Below the pieces are notes generated by a model that was given only the letters and a program-made list of their open reading frames with translations, made no database searches and had not been told where the DNA came from. Positions 11,601 to 21,656 of a DNA stretch of 64,000 nucleotides are shown in pieces. Made by a program: the position numbers and the translations under genes. Each line of letters begins with the position of its first letter. Position 1 is the stretch's first letter. Source of the stretch: Azolla caroliniana (lineage: Eukaryota > Plantae > Polypodiophyta); the NCBI GenBank assembly GCA_043228905.1, contig JBHGNT010000009.1, positions 19,220,001 through 19,284,000 of the forward strand. The letters run 5' to 3'.

Positions 11601-12781
11601 AACCGGAAGGATTCGAGAAGAAAGGGAAGGAGCACCTGGTATGCCGGTTGAAGAAGAGCCTTTACGGACTGAAGCAGGCTCCCCGGCAATGGTACCGGAA
11701 GTTCGACTCCTTCATGACCGACGAAGGGTACCACAAAACGCAGTCCGATCACTGCGTGTTTGTGAAGAAGTTCGAAGGAGGAGACTTTCTAATACTCCTC
11801 CTATACGTGGACGACATGTTGATCGTCGGACGGGACCAGGTCAAGATACGGACGCTGAAGAAAGCGCTTCACCGAACCTTCTCAATGAAGGACCTGGGTC
11901 CGGCGAGGCAAATACTAGGGATGCACATCATCCGGAACCGGAAGAAGAAGCAGTTGTGGCTGTCACAGGAGAAGTACGTGACAAAGGTGCTTCACCGGTT
12001 CAACATGTCGGAAGCAAGACCGGTGGGGTCAACACTCCCGGCAAACTGCAAGCTGTCCAGCAAACAAAGCCCCAAGACAAAGGCTGAGAAAGAGGACATG
12101 ATGAAAGTACCATATGCCTCTGCCGTCGGAAGTTTGATGTACGCAATGGTGTGTACAAGACCGGACATAGGATATGCAGTCGGAGTGGTGAGCCGGTACA
12201 TGAGCAATCCCGGCAAAGAACACTGGAACGCGGTCAAGTGGATACTCCGATACCTGAAGGGCACGGCAAACGTATGCCTCCGATTCGGCTCCGGTAAGCC
12301 CGAACTCGACGGCTTTACCGATTCGGATATGTCGGCTGATGCAGATACCAGCCGGTCCACATCAGGGTATGTGATGACGTATGCAGGGGGAGCTGTTTCG
12401 TGGCAGTCGAGGCTGCAGAAGACGGTTGCGTTGTCAACCACGGAGGCGGAGTACATGGCGGCTGTTGAAGCCGGCAAGGAAATGATATGGATGAAGGACT
12501 TCATTAGAGAGCTCGGTATCCGGCAGGAGGAGTACCGACTCTACTGTGACAATCAGAGTGCCATCCACCTTGCAAAGAACGCGGCCTATCACTCCCGGAC
12601 GAAGCACATCCAGCGAAGATATCACTGGATCCGGGAAAGGATAGAGGACCAGGAGTTCGTGCTGACGAAGATCCACACGGACGAGAACGGCTCAGATATG
12701 CTGACCAAAGTGCTCACACCCGACAAGCTGGAAGCATGCCGGAAGAGGATTGGATTGGAGAGACATCCCATGCCGAAGTGA
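8678..12781 (+). CDS. Copia gag-pol polyprotein, 1367 aa (gag, CCHC knuckle, PR, INT, RT, RNase H)
   Basis: First ATG after the PBS (MEGGGSG); CFHCGKPGHFRKNC, WVVDSGAS, HTDVC/RADNGGE/GLAERMN, LYVDDM, DSDMS, RTKHIQRRY. Confidence 0.95.
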   Translation: MEGGGSGPPGMMVLNSQNYADWKIKMEDLLIVRDLYEPIDNAEIPKGVIESEWKLLNRKAVATIRQYVDVSVLQHVANDTNAYEMWKKLSGLYERKNALNRTSLMRKIVNLKYRDDENMVEHVSTFMGFVNQLAAIKFPLEDAMQAIILMCTLPESWENLVVTLSTSCTEDNLSLQTVKTSILNEEARRRDKEPASDSKALLTESDRGRQWNRSPQRREKSGTRSQSRGRPTCFHCGKPGHFRKNCRHYRKDNGADDTDSKKSPERNGAYRGATDRRGPDRRGQDQKGTTALAASEEEIMLITEERELNLAGVEMTWVVDSGASFHLTPERRYFSSYTAGEHGCVRMGNEGTCRIAGIGDVWLTTPTGCKMLLKDVRHVPEVRLNLISAGRLDDEGYTGSIRNGVMKFSKGSLIVARARKVNTLYLMNSRLCPEELNVATDTAGELWHKRLCHMSEKGMKRLAEDNLIPVKHVHLEKCTDCLAGKQNRTSFHSRPPTRRSAPLELVHTDVCQVETKSHGGAQYFVTFIDDHSRKLWTAPLKTKDQVLSVFKELHARVERESGKKLKAIRADNGGEYRGQFQEYCRSKGIRLEFTVPKTPELNGLAERMNRTIMERVRSMLAHAKLPKGFWAEAMSTATYVINRSPSVPLDGDTPQKVWTGKEVSYRHLKVFGCLAYVHVAKDRRGKLDPKTRPCIFLGYGDDEFGYRVWDPVDKKIFRSRDIIFMEDKTLADLESEKKMKSSKSTGEDQLYEEQSRPARDRLALEDSAEDGEETEPAEEDENDTGTGPDPEMDSDEEESEEPVTEAPVTEAPVTEAPERRYPLRERRAPRRFPEPEHVLLTDEGEPESFEEAKHDTQSRRWLSAMQDEMDSLHENHTYELVELPKGKRALRNKWVFKLKPGDAGNPPRYKARIVVKGFQQKKGVDFDEIFAPVVKMTSIRTVLSIAASMDLEVEQMDVKTAFLHGDLEEEIYMQQPEGFEKKGKEHLVCRLKKSLYGLKQAPRQWYRKFDSFMTDEGYHKTQSDHCVFVKKFEGGDFLILLLYVDDMLIVGRDQVKIRTLKKALHRTFSMKDLGPARQILGMHIIRNRKKKQLWLSQEKYVTKVLHRFNMSEARPVGSTLPANCKLSSKQSPKTKAEKEDMMKVPYASAVGSLMYAMVCTRPDIGYAVGVVSRYMSNPGKEHWNAVKWILRYLKGTANVCLRFGSGKPELDGFTDSDMSADADTSRSTSGYVMTYAGGAVSWQSRLQKTVALSTTEAEYMAAVEAGKEMIWMKDFIRELGIRQEEYRLYCDNQSAIHLAKNAAYHSRTKHIQRRYHWIRERIEDQEFVLTKIHTDENGSDMLTKVLTPDKLEACRKRIGLERHPMPK

Positions 12782-12791
12782 AGGGGGAGTT

Positions 12792-13450
12792 TGTTGGGAT
12801 TTCGGTCCCTCCGGATGGGATGTCCGGAGATAAATGACGGCAAGCCCGGTTGCGGTTACGGAGCCGGATGATGAAGACCCCGGCTACGGAGCCGGATGAT
12901 GAAGACCCCGGCTACGGAGCCGGATGATGAAGACCCCGGTTCCGGAGCCGGATGCTGAAGACCCCGGTTACGGAGCCGGATGACGAATGTACCCGGAGAG
13001 AGAGCCGGACATATTTGTGAATATGTTTGCCAAGAGCCCTTGAGGCTATATTTGTAAATAGCCCGAAAGTCATATGTGTATAAATATGACTTAGGGCAAA
13101 CAGTTTATTGTTGTTGCTCATTTTCTTGTTTTTCACTTAGAGGGAGTGAAGAGAGCAGCCGAGAGAGAGAGAAAGAGAGAGAGACGAAGAGGTCGTTGCC
13201 TCTGTGTATTGCCGCCGCCTGTGGCGAAGATAGTGAGCACAAGGCTGTTGCCTTGTAGTTTCACCATTGTACATCCCTGTTCATAGTGATGGTTGGAGTC
13301 TGAGAACTCCCGTGGTTTTTTCCCATTTAGGGTTTTCCACGTAAAATATTCTGTGTACTCTCTCTTTCTATTGTCTCGTGCATTCTGTATTTCCTGTTTT
13401 CCAAGTGTTGATCCTATTCCTCGGTTGTGGCCGAGCACTGTTTTGCAACA
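12792..13450 (+). repeat. 3' LTR of Copia C (five 28-bp U3 tandem units)
   Basis: Direct repeat of 8016-8646, 28 bp longer. Confidence 0.96.
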
Positions 13451-13455
13451 CAAGT

Positions 13456-15921
13456 TTTGCATGTGGACACGAAATGGAGTACATCTTTGTACATGCTTGG
13501 CCACCAGTACTTTTCCTTCAACTTTTTGAACGTCGCCCATGTTCCTCTATGACCTGCCCAAGCACTCTCGTGGAATTCGGTCATCACCGTCACTTGCTCT
13601 TCTTTCTTCACCACCACTCGGTGTGGTATTCCCGTCCTTTTTGGGTGTCGCCAAAGGAAGCCTCCCTTCAGGAAGTATCAGTAAGCTTTCTTTCAGATTC
13701 GTAGAGCCTCCTCCTTTGTCAACGAAGCATCCGTTGTCATTGTTCTTAAGAATCTGCCGATCAGTAACCACTCTCCCTCGTACTCGTCCTTGTTGAAGGC
13801 GTGGAGGGTTAGCGTGTCCTTGTCTTCCGCCGATAATCGAGCCATCTTGAAGAAGTCGAGGGTGACGTCTTCATCTTCCGAAACCATGTCACTTTCACTT
13901 TCAAATCTTTCCCTTTACAGCATATTAGCCATGGCGTTCTTCTTGCCTGCAATGTGGTGGATCTCTAGGCTTAAAGACTTGATATAGGCGATCCACCTTA
14001 GCATAGCTAAATCTGGGGTCGCACATCCCGATATCATTCTGAGGGTTGGGAGACAATTTGTGTCTATTATCACTTCCGACCCGATCAGGTAATCTTTTTC
14101 CGTCTTCACTGCCGACACAATACCCCAAAGTTCCCGCTTGACTTGGGTGTATCTTTGTTGCCGTTCGCTGAGAACTTTTGCTCCGAACCGGATGGCATAC
14201 CGCGTATTACCTTCTTCTTCTTGGTTGATGACCCACCCGATTTCGGTTGGGCTCGTATCTACAGTCACATAAATCAACTTTCGTTCGGTATAGTCGACCT
14301 TTCTTAGTGTTGGAGGTTCAAGAAGTAGCTTCTTCAATCTTCGCATCGCGTTCGTGTGCTCGTCTTGCCATTCGAACTTCATTCTTTTCTTTTGCAATCC
14401 ATATAAAGGCTCGGCGACATGGGCGTAGTGCGGAATCCAAATATGGTAAAATGTGCATGCTCCAAGGAACCTTCGAACCTCCTTTTGGTTTACGCATTCT
14501 TCTTTCACGTCCTAGATCACGTTCACCTTTGGTGGCGAAGGCTTCCAGCCATATGCTCCACATAAGTGACCTACCACCAAGATCTTTGGTTGCCCGAATG
14601 TGGATTTCTCTCCCGAAAATGTCAAATTCGCATCTTTGAGCCTTTGGAGCACCTTCTTGCAAACTTTCATATGATCCGCAACGAACTTTCTACACCCTTC
14701 CTTATCTTTTGATTCATTCTTCTCTTCATCCGAACATCCTTTTATTGGAATATCAACCAAGAATGGCATCGTGATGTCCGGGATGCAATCCTTTAAGACC
14801 TTGTTCATGGCATTCACCATATGAGCCACCGAGTTCGTTGCACCTTGAGGTACGGTACACATCCGCACGAGCTTGATCGGAGTCCTCATGGTTGTAATGT
14901 CATGACTGTCGATCGCCAATTGGAATTGGTCATATCCAGAGTAGATATCACCAATGGAGTAGATGGACCGGCCTGCAAACGCCTTGGCAAATTCGTCCAC
15001 ACTCAAACCGATTCCAACATTTCTAATTGTCACCTTGTTGACGGGTTGAAGATCTTGGATGAATCGCAATGATCCATTTTTCTTCGGCACCGTGAACCAC
15101 CTATTAGAGTATGGAGCATTCGACAGTTCTAGAATACCCATATTCACTTTCTCTTTTAAGAGCTCGATCAGCTTCAGAAGGTGTGCTCTTGGAACTGGTA
15201 TTAGTTTCGAATTCCAAGGCACATGCGGCACCGTGAAGATCACCATCGGCTCAATAATCTTTGGGTCGGCACATCTGATTTCCTGGGGAGAGAACACAAA
15301 GGCTTTCCCATGCCTTTCAAGCATTTCACGAAACTTTCGCTCCTCTTCAAGGAGGAGGAAATCCTCTTTTCCAACTCGTAGCTTTCTTTTCGTCTCTTCG
15401 GTGAAGACATGACCTATTGTCTTTGGATCCCTTAAGCTTGGATTATTAGCGACTTCCTTCATCTTTTGCCAGCTATCTTCCGGTAGCGGAACCGCAACTG
15501 GCTTGATCTTCTTATCCACCGTTTTATATTTTGTGTTGACTTCAGCTTCCTCCATCAAGATGCCACAATAGTATTCATCGATGATAGCGTACATCTTGAT
15601 GGAGTTAACCAAAATCACGCGTTGGTCGTGAAGATAGCTCAAGTCCACAACGTCCTCGATTTCGCCGATGGTGTTGTTAAATGAGGCTTCTTCCATAATA
15701 TGAGTCATGAACTCTTCTTCTTCTATTATATTTTCTTCTTTCAACATCTTCTCGAAATCTTGTATTCAATGCTTATCCTTCTTGTCGAGTACTAGTAGTT
15801 TACATGTGCCACTAGGTGTCACACATGTTGCTTCTCCTCGCAATCCACACACTCTTCTTTCTTGTGGGGACTTGTGATCGCTCGGACTATTTGTGCACAA
15901 TGCTTCAATAGTCCGCTCTAA
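13456..15921 (-). pseudogene. Gypsy pol (RT-RNase H-integrase zinc finger), one frame with several stops
   Basis: PKKNGSLRFIQDLQPVN, PQGATNS, VRRFLG, VDTSPTEIGW, KRELWGI, HESAWAGHRG..WWPSMYKDV..C; ORFs 14512-15747, 13915-14508, 13693-13887 and 13414-13617 share a frame. Confidence 0.9.
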
Positions 15922-18121
15922 AAATCCAAGGATTTGCCTCCAAGACTATCTCGATTTCTTTCATGATTATCTCGCACCGTTAGGAATTGAACAGATCTTT
16001 GGTTGTCAAGACTCTTTATTCGAGCAAATGCCGCACCATTGTCGAACACTTTGGTTTCCATCCGAGATGATGTGATATACAGTTGTCCTAGGATGACAGG
16101 ATGAGATGCCGATTCTTGCACAAAGAAGTGTTGATCCATCTCCACATCCCCGATTGCAACTTTAACATTGGGACAAGCTCCGTACAAGTCCTCCGTAGTC
16201 TTTATTGCCGCGCGAATCTTCCATCCGTGATTTGTATTGATTGGCCATCTTCCTTTTTTGTAGAAGTCGGTTGACATAAGGTTGATCTCCGAGCCGTGGT
16301 CGATTAAGGCTACCACGGTCTCTTTCTTCTCCCTGATCTTCACCGGCGTCTCTGTTGTCACTCGTGCCCAATGAGGTCAAGTATAGTGGTTGTCCACCAT
16401 TTCTTCATCGACTTTGTCTCTTGCCATCGTTATGGTATTTGCTTTCGCTTTTAGTGGCTTCTCTTCGTCTTTGTCCGATTGTTGCCTTTTTCGCTTTACA
16501 AGGTCCATGATCGTGTTGTGGAACTCCTTCTTCGTAATGCCGAGTAATTCCCTCAAGGACAAAGTCACATGGCCGTCAAGAACGTGTTCCTCGAGAATCT
16601 TCTTTAGGTCTGCCATTTGCTTTATGTCCAACCTTAGCTTATAGGTAGGCATAGTCCTTGTCTTTTGAGCAGGGTTTTCGACACCAATCTTCACGGGCCG
16701 AACCGTTTCTTCGACTTGTTTGCTCAACTCCGCTTTTCGGCTTGCATCTCCTTCCTCCATTTGCAAGGGTCGACTCGTCTCTGCATCTTCTTTCTTTTTC
16801 GCGTTTCTTGTTTCATGTCTTTTAGATGGGCCTTGCTCTTCTATTCTCTTTCTCTTTTCTTCGACAAACACCTCGTGGTTGTCACACATCACTTCCGCGA
16901 GTATAGTGTTGTCATCTACCGGATCCGACCACCCGGTTATGCTTTGCATGCTTCGGTTTGCAAGCTCTACCTCGTTCGATGTGACCTTCCCCATCTTCTC
17001 ATACTCGAGAACGGAAGACCAAAACTTTGCTCCTACTTTTGCAACTTCATTTTTGTCTTTCCTGACTCTTATTGCGGTCGTTGCAGCATTGTGCATCACA
17101 TCCACATGAGTCGCCTCAGCATCTTCTATAGATTTCTTCATTCCCCCTCTTCCGAAATTCACCCGTAGGGGTCTTCGAGTTTCAGTTGAGCAGATCATGT
17201 TGTCATCTATGTATACGATATTTTGTCGGATCACCTCTCAAAGGCTCGCGCAATCCCTTCTCATGTGGTCCATGCTATCACACCACACGCATCTAAAGGG
17301 TTCTTTTCCTTTGGGACCTCGACGATTCATGTTTGCTAGCGTGACCATCTCGACCTTCTTCGCTAGCTCTTCGATGATGTCGTCATCAATCTTCTTTTCT
17401 TCTAGGTTGCTTTGTTTGGCTGGCTCAACTACTTTCGGTTGTCTTGTTTTCTCCGCGACAGTCGATCCCGCCAAGTCGGTGTCATCAATCCACTGACGAC
17501 GCTTGTCGAGCCTATTGCATGCTCGCTTCACCGTAACCCAATCCACCACAAGCCCGTTCGCTTGGGTATCATCTTTGAGGAGAGTCCCCAATTCTCGTCT
17601 ATCCTTCATGTCCACGGATTTCAAGAAGTACAAAGTCTTGTCCTCTTCAAGCAACACTTGGTCCATGTTGGGGAGATGACTAAACATCTGGTCAAATTCG
17701 TCATACACCCTCGAGGTGCTCATCTTCTTATTCTTCTTCTCTATCCACTTCATCAGGGCTGTCGAGTCATCCTCGTTGAGTCTTCAGTCACGAAATTCAC
17801 TAATATCGCTTTCTCAAACTCGGACCATGATGTCTTACCTTCTTGAAGCTCAATGACGCGTCTTTGGATGTTGTTGGCGACCACCCTCTTGAAACTCGTG
17901 ATTTGCCGTGCTTCAGACACGTCTCTTTGATTCATTTCCCTCTTGTATGCGTCAAGGAACTTCGTAATGTTCCTTCCATCAAATTGACCCTCGAGCTCTA
18001 CGACACGATCGACGGCCTTCTCCACGCTCGCATCGTTGTCTCGAGATCTCATCATTTGTTCGACGATTATCATCATCCTTTCAAATTTTCCTGCTTGCTT
18101 GCTAGAGGATGCCATCTCCAA
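15918..18121 (-). pseudogene. Gypsy gag-protease (stops, one frameshift)
   Basis: FDGRNITKFLDAY capsid start, CVWCDSMDHMRRDC knuckle, ALIDHGSEINLM protease; ORFs 17238-17753, 16377-17234 and 15918-16361 share a frame. Confidence 0.88.
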
Positions 18122-18161
18122 GTATCAGTCAATCCTCAATTTGATCCTTCCTGCCGCCTCT

Positions 18162-18179
18162 TTCACGTCGGGTTCACCA
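18162..18179 (-). promoter_or_regulatory. Primer binding site complementary to the tRNA-Trp 3' end
   Basis: TGGTGAACCCGACGTGAA matches the plant tRNA-Trp end ...UUCACGUCGGGUUCACCA (from recall); lies 8 nt inside the LTR edge. Confidence 0.82.
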
Positions 18180-18187
18180 CCTAATTA

Positions 18188-19357
18188 TGTCCTGAAGATC
18201 CGTCACTATGCGCAGATCGTGAGGCGGAACCGTCGGGGTTCTGGACCGGAAGGACTCGAAGTACGCACAAGCTTTAGTGAGAAAGTATGTAAGATAGATT
18301 GAGAGAGAGAGAAATTGAGATTAAACACTTGACTTTAGATTGAGGAAGGTTGAAATGGAGAGAGAGATTAAGATTGAACTTTTAATTTTTAGATTTAAGA
18401 ATCATGATATATCATCAATTGGATTACAAGTTTCTTATTTGATCATCCAAAAATTTTACATTAGTCCTTTCATGTTTTTCCTCCCCTCTTTTATAGATGC
18501 CCTCATGCATTTGAGGGTATAAGACATGCATAAAATGCATGTTTGCCATTTGGCGCTCATGTATTACATGTGGTGCATGATAACCATGTCACTAATTTTA
18601 GCTCTCATCTATGAGAATTTACATGTAAAGTACAATGATAAAAATATAATTCCAAGAAAATGTGTTGGTTTAGTGGTAAGCCTATTGACTCTCAACTTGG
18701 AGGTGCAAGGTTCAAATCCTCCTTTTGTATATGTATAAATATTTACCTCCTTGTGTATATGTATAAATATTTATTTATTTATTTATCCATCTAGCCGTCG
18801 ATTGCCGGTTGCCGGTTACCGTTCAGTCGCTGAATCCCAGTTCCATCGCCGGTTACCATCCGGTCGCCAGATCCCGGTTCCGTCGTTGGACGCCAAATCC
18901 CGGTTCTGTTGCCAGTTGTTGGTTACCACCGGCTCCGTCGTCCATCCGATTTTGGTTGGCCAAAACCTTTGCAAGTAGCCAAGCCATACCCATTTATCCA
19001 ATAGCTTAGTTCAAGTCACCGTGAACTCTCTATGCTTCACACATAGACACAAAGATAATAGCTTTTGCTCTACCTTATATATGGTGAGATCCTTATTTCT
19101 TGTCTATGTGGGATATCTCACAATTTTATTTTTCTCTTTGTCTTTGCAAACTTCCTACCCACATAAGTTGACACTTAGATGTCTGTTTCTTATGTAGTAA
19201 AGTGCATTTAAAAGCTCTTTAAGATCTCCATCTTTTTGTACTAAGATACTAAATTTACTTAAAATTAGTATCTTCACTATTATTGGTTTATATGAATCAC
19301 ACTCGATTTCGTACGTTTTATGTGATTTTCACACCATTGCTGAATATCTTCACGACA
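18188..19357 (-). repeat. 5' LTR of the Gypsy (~1170 bp)
   Basis: TGTCCTGAAGATCC...CTTCACGACA; homologous to 446+, 46212-47646 and 32365-33084. Confidence 0.92.
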
Positions 19358-20832
19358 ACGTATCTTCTTACGACATTCTTCTTCGTGGTGACCAATTTTT
19401 CCGCAATATCCGCATTCGACCGAGCTTAGTCAGTTCGGACTAGAATGGAAGCTCCCCCTTCTTTCGAAGGTTCCTCGATGGCTTCCGTCTTGATGCCGAA
19501 ATTGCGAGTTTTTTTCGTAAGTCGGGCCTCGTCTACCTTGTCCTTGGCTAAATCGGCCTCTTCTTGCACGGCCACGTCCTCTTCCTCCGTCCGAATGTCT
19601 GTAGAGCATGTGGTCTTCCGAGGCGTTGCTCCTCGTTCGAGCATGGTTTTCTTCGACCTCCAACATATATTGAAGATCGAAGAAGGAGGGTGGATTCTTC
19701 CATGCTAGTACGACGGTCCGCATTGCGCCAAATCGTGGTGCAAGGCCGCCAAGGATTTTTTACACCATCTCATCATCGTCCATATTGACGCTTATCGAGC
19801 CAAGCAAGTTGCAAAGCTCCTTGATCTTCAAGGTGTAGCTTGTGATGGACATATCCCTTTGTTAGATGTTGTTCAACTCTTGGCGGAGTTGAAGCTTTCT
19901 TGCGGTAGTGTTGGCGGTGAAAATCTTTCATAGATTCTCCCACCCTTCCTTCGGCATCTCGGCTTCTCGAATGTACCGGAGAATGTGGTTGTGAACACAT
20001 GTTGCCAAGAAATACATCACTCGGCTTGCCGCTTGCTCCCACATTGCATAGTCGGCGTCTTCCAGGCTGGGTCGGTTTTCTTGTGCTCCCTTCATGTAAC
20101 CCCAATAGCTTTGGCCGACAAGGTATTGGTGCATCTTGTACTCCCAAGATGCGAAGTTGTTTCGGTCCAACTTCTCGCTAGGCAGAGCGCTCCCCATTTG
20201 AGTATTCATTGTCGATTAAGCTTCCTTTCTTCTTTTCCTTCTCTCTCGAACACGAGTTATTTAGTGGTACTACGATAGTGATGAGCTGGTTCTTCTTGAC
20301 CGTCAGTGTAGAGCACAACACACGATCACGATGAGGCGAGTGGGCTAGATCGAGATACTAAATTGCTCTGATACTGATACCATGTAAAGAATCGATGGTT
20401 ATTCTTGTGTAGCGGAAGAGATGTGTGGTATGTGTATGTGTGAGAGGAATTAGAGGAGAGATGAGAGAACACAAGATAGATAAAAAAAAGGAATACTCAA
20501 GAAGGTGTATATTTCACAAGTAGAATAAGAATTATAAAATGTACCATAATAAGGAGTCACAACCGACTTAGTATGAAGTATGAGGATGGTGCTTTATATA
20601 GAGTCACCCTGTCTCTTCATTAACTTTACAACAACCCGTCTCTCTCTTGGGGGATGTGAAGACTCATAGCCATGGGGAATATGTAACTCATTAGTTATGT
20701 GTCATAGAATATGATTCTATGACACATAGTTAATGTGTAGAGAGTAGTGGTGTGACTCTTGACCTTTGAGTAATCATGGATTCTCAAAAGGTGTGTTCAC
20801 ACATTGCACTATGTTGAGCTTGATTCTCAACA
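19358..20832 (-). mobile_element. Copia A 5' part: gag remnant, PBS and 5' LTR (20383-20832)
   Basis: EKLDRNNFASWEYKMHQYL gag start homologous to Copia B; PBS with an internal 6-bp duplication at 20365-20382; TGTAAAG...CTCAACA LTR. Confidence 0.85.
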
Positions 20833-21656
20833 GTATCATAAAGTTTTTGATCAATTTGTCTGGAATAACTTGACATCCAGTTTCAATTGGCCAAATACAT
20901 GCTCTTCTAGATTGTCGATTTTATCTATCATATTATGGAAGGACATTTATTTCGCGAAGTCCTTACTTTCTTGATTTCAATGAACTTTGTTGTAGATTTT
21001 GTAATAACCATCTTGGCCCCAAAATTGTGCAAAAGTTGTTGTCAAGAACTTTTGTCTTTATTCGAGCCACCATAATGAATTGTTCACTAAGGATGATGAC
21101 TACATGGGATACTGAATTTAACACTAATAAGTTTGGTTTACCATGATGTTTCCAATATTCACTTCTTGGACATATTCTAACATGCCACATCAAGGTATAA
21201 CCATTTGCTATACCTTGACACGCCATAATTTCTTCTCTTCGATTTGCATTGTGATTCTAATATTTCTTTGATGGGCCCTTCAACCCATTCATTTTCCTAG
21301 AACTTTTTCAATTTTAGTTGTTACTTGATGTTGGAAACAAGCTTGTATGACAACCCAACCTTTTCTTTAACCTTTTTATTTTTTTCCCATAAACCTTTTC
21401 TTTAACCTTCTCTATTGCAATAATTTCTTCTCTTTGATTTGCATTGTGGTTCTCATGTTTCTTTGATGGGCCCTTCAACCCATTCATACATTTCCTCCTT
21501 TTGTCCATGATCACCTCACAATGTAAAATGTATGCTTTCAAGAAGAACCATAAATTGTATGCTTGGTGTGATTCAATCTTCTAGTTTGGGTCCATGAAAT
21601 GGACAAAATTTGATAAACCTTGAATTTGGACTAAGAGAAAGAGAGATTGAATATTA

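Larger units (their letters stand above)
8016..13450 (+). mobile_element. Intact, very young Ty1/Copia element C (Tnt1/Tork-like)
   Basis: TSD CAAGT (8011-8015 / 13451-13455); LTRs 8016-8646 and 12792-13450; PBS TGGTATCAGAGC at 8650-8661; PPT GAAGGGGGAG; uninterrupted ORF. Confidence 0.97.
446..19357 (-). mobile_element. Degenerate Ty3/Gypsy LTR retrotransposon, non-chromovirus moss (Phygy/RLG1-like) type, hosting two nested Copias
   Basis: Termini TGTCGTGAAG...CTTCACGACA; 4-bp TSD ACGT (442-445 / 19358-19361); domain order gag-PR-RT-RH-INT on the minus strand; tRNA-Trp PBS. Lineage label is inference from protein style. Confidence 0.9.

Noticed and set aside
8731-12843. Many antisense or alternative-frame ORFs shared by Copia C and D
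   Set aside because: Expected shadows of a GC-rich ORF, shared only because the elements are near-identical.
18660-18725. Functional tRNA gene
   Set aside because: Acceptor and anticodon stems do not pair convincingly; reported only as a tRNA-like A/B-box module.
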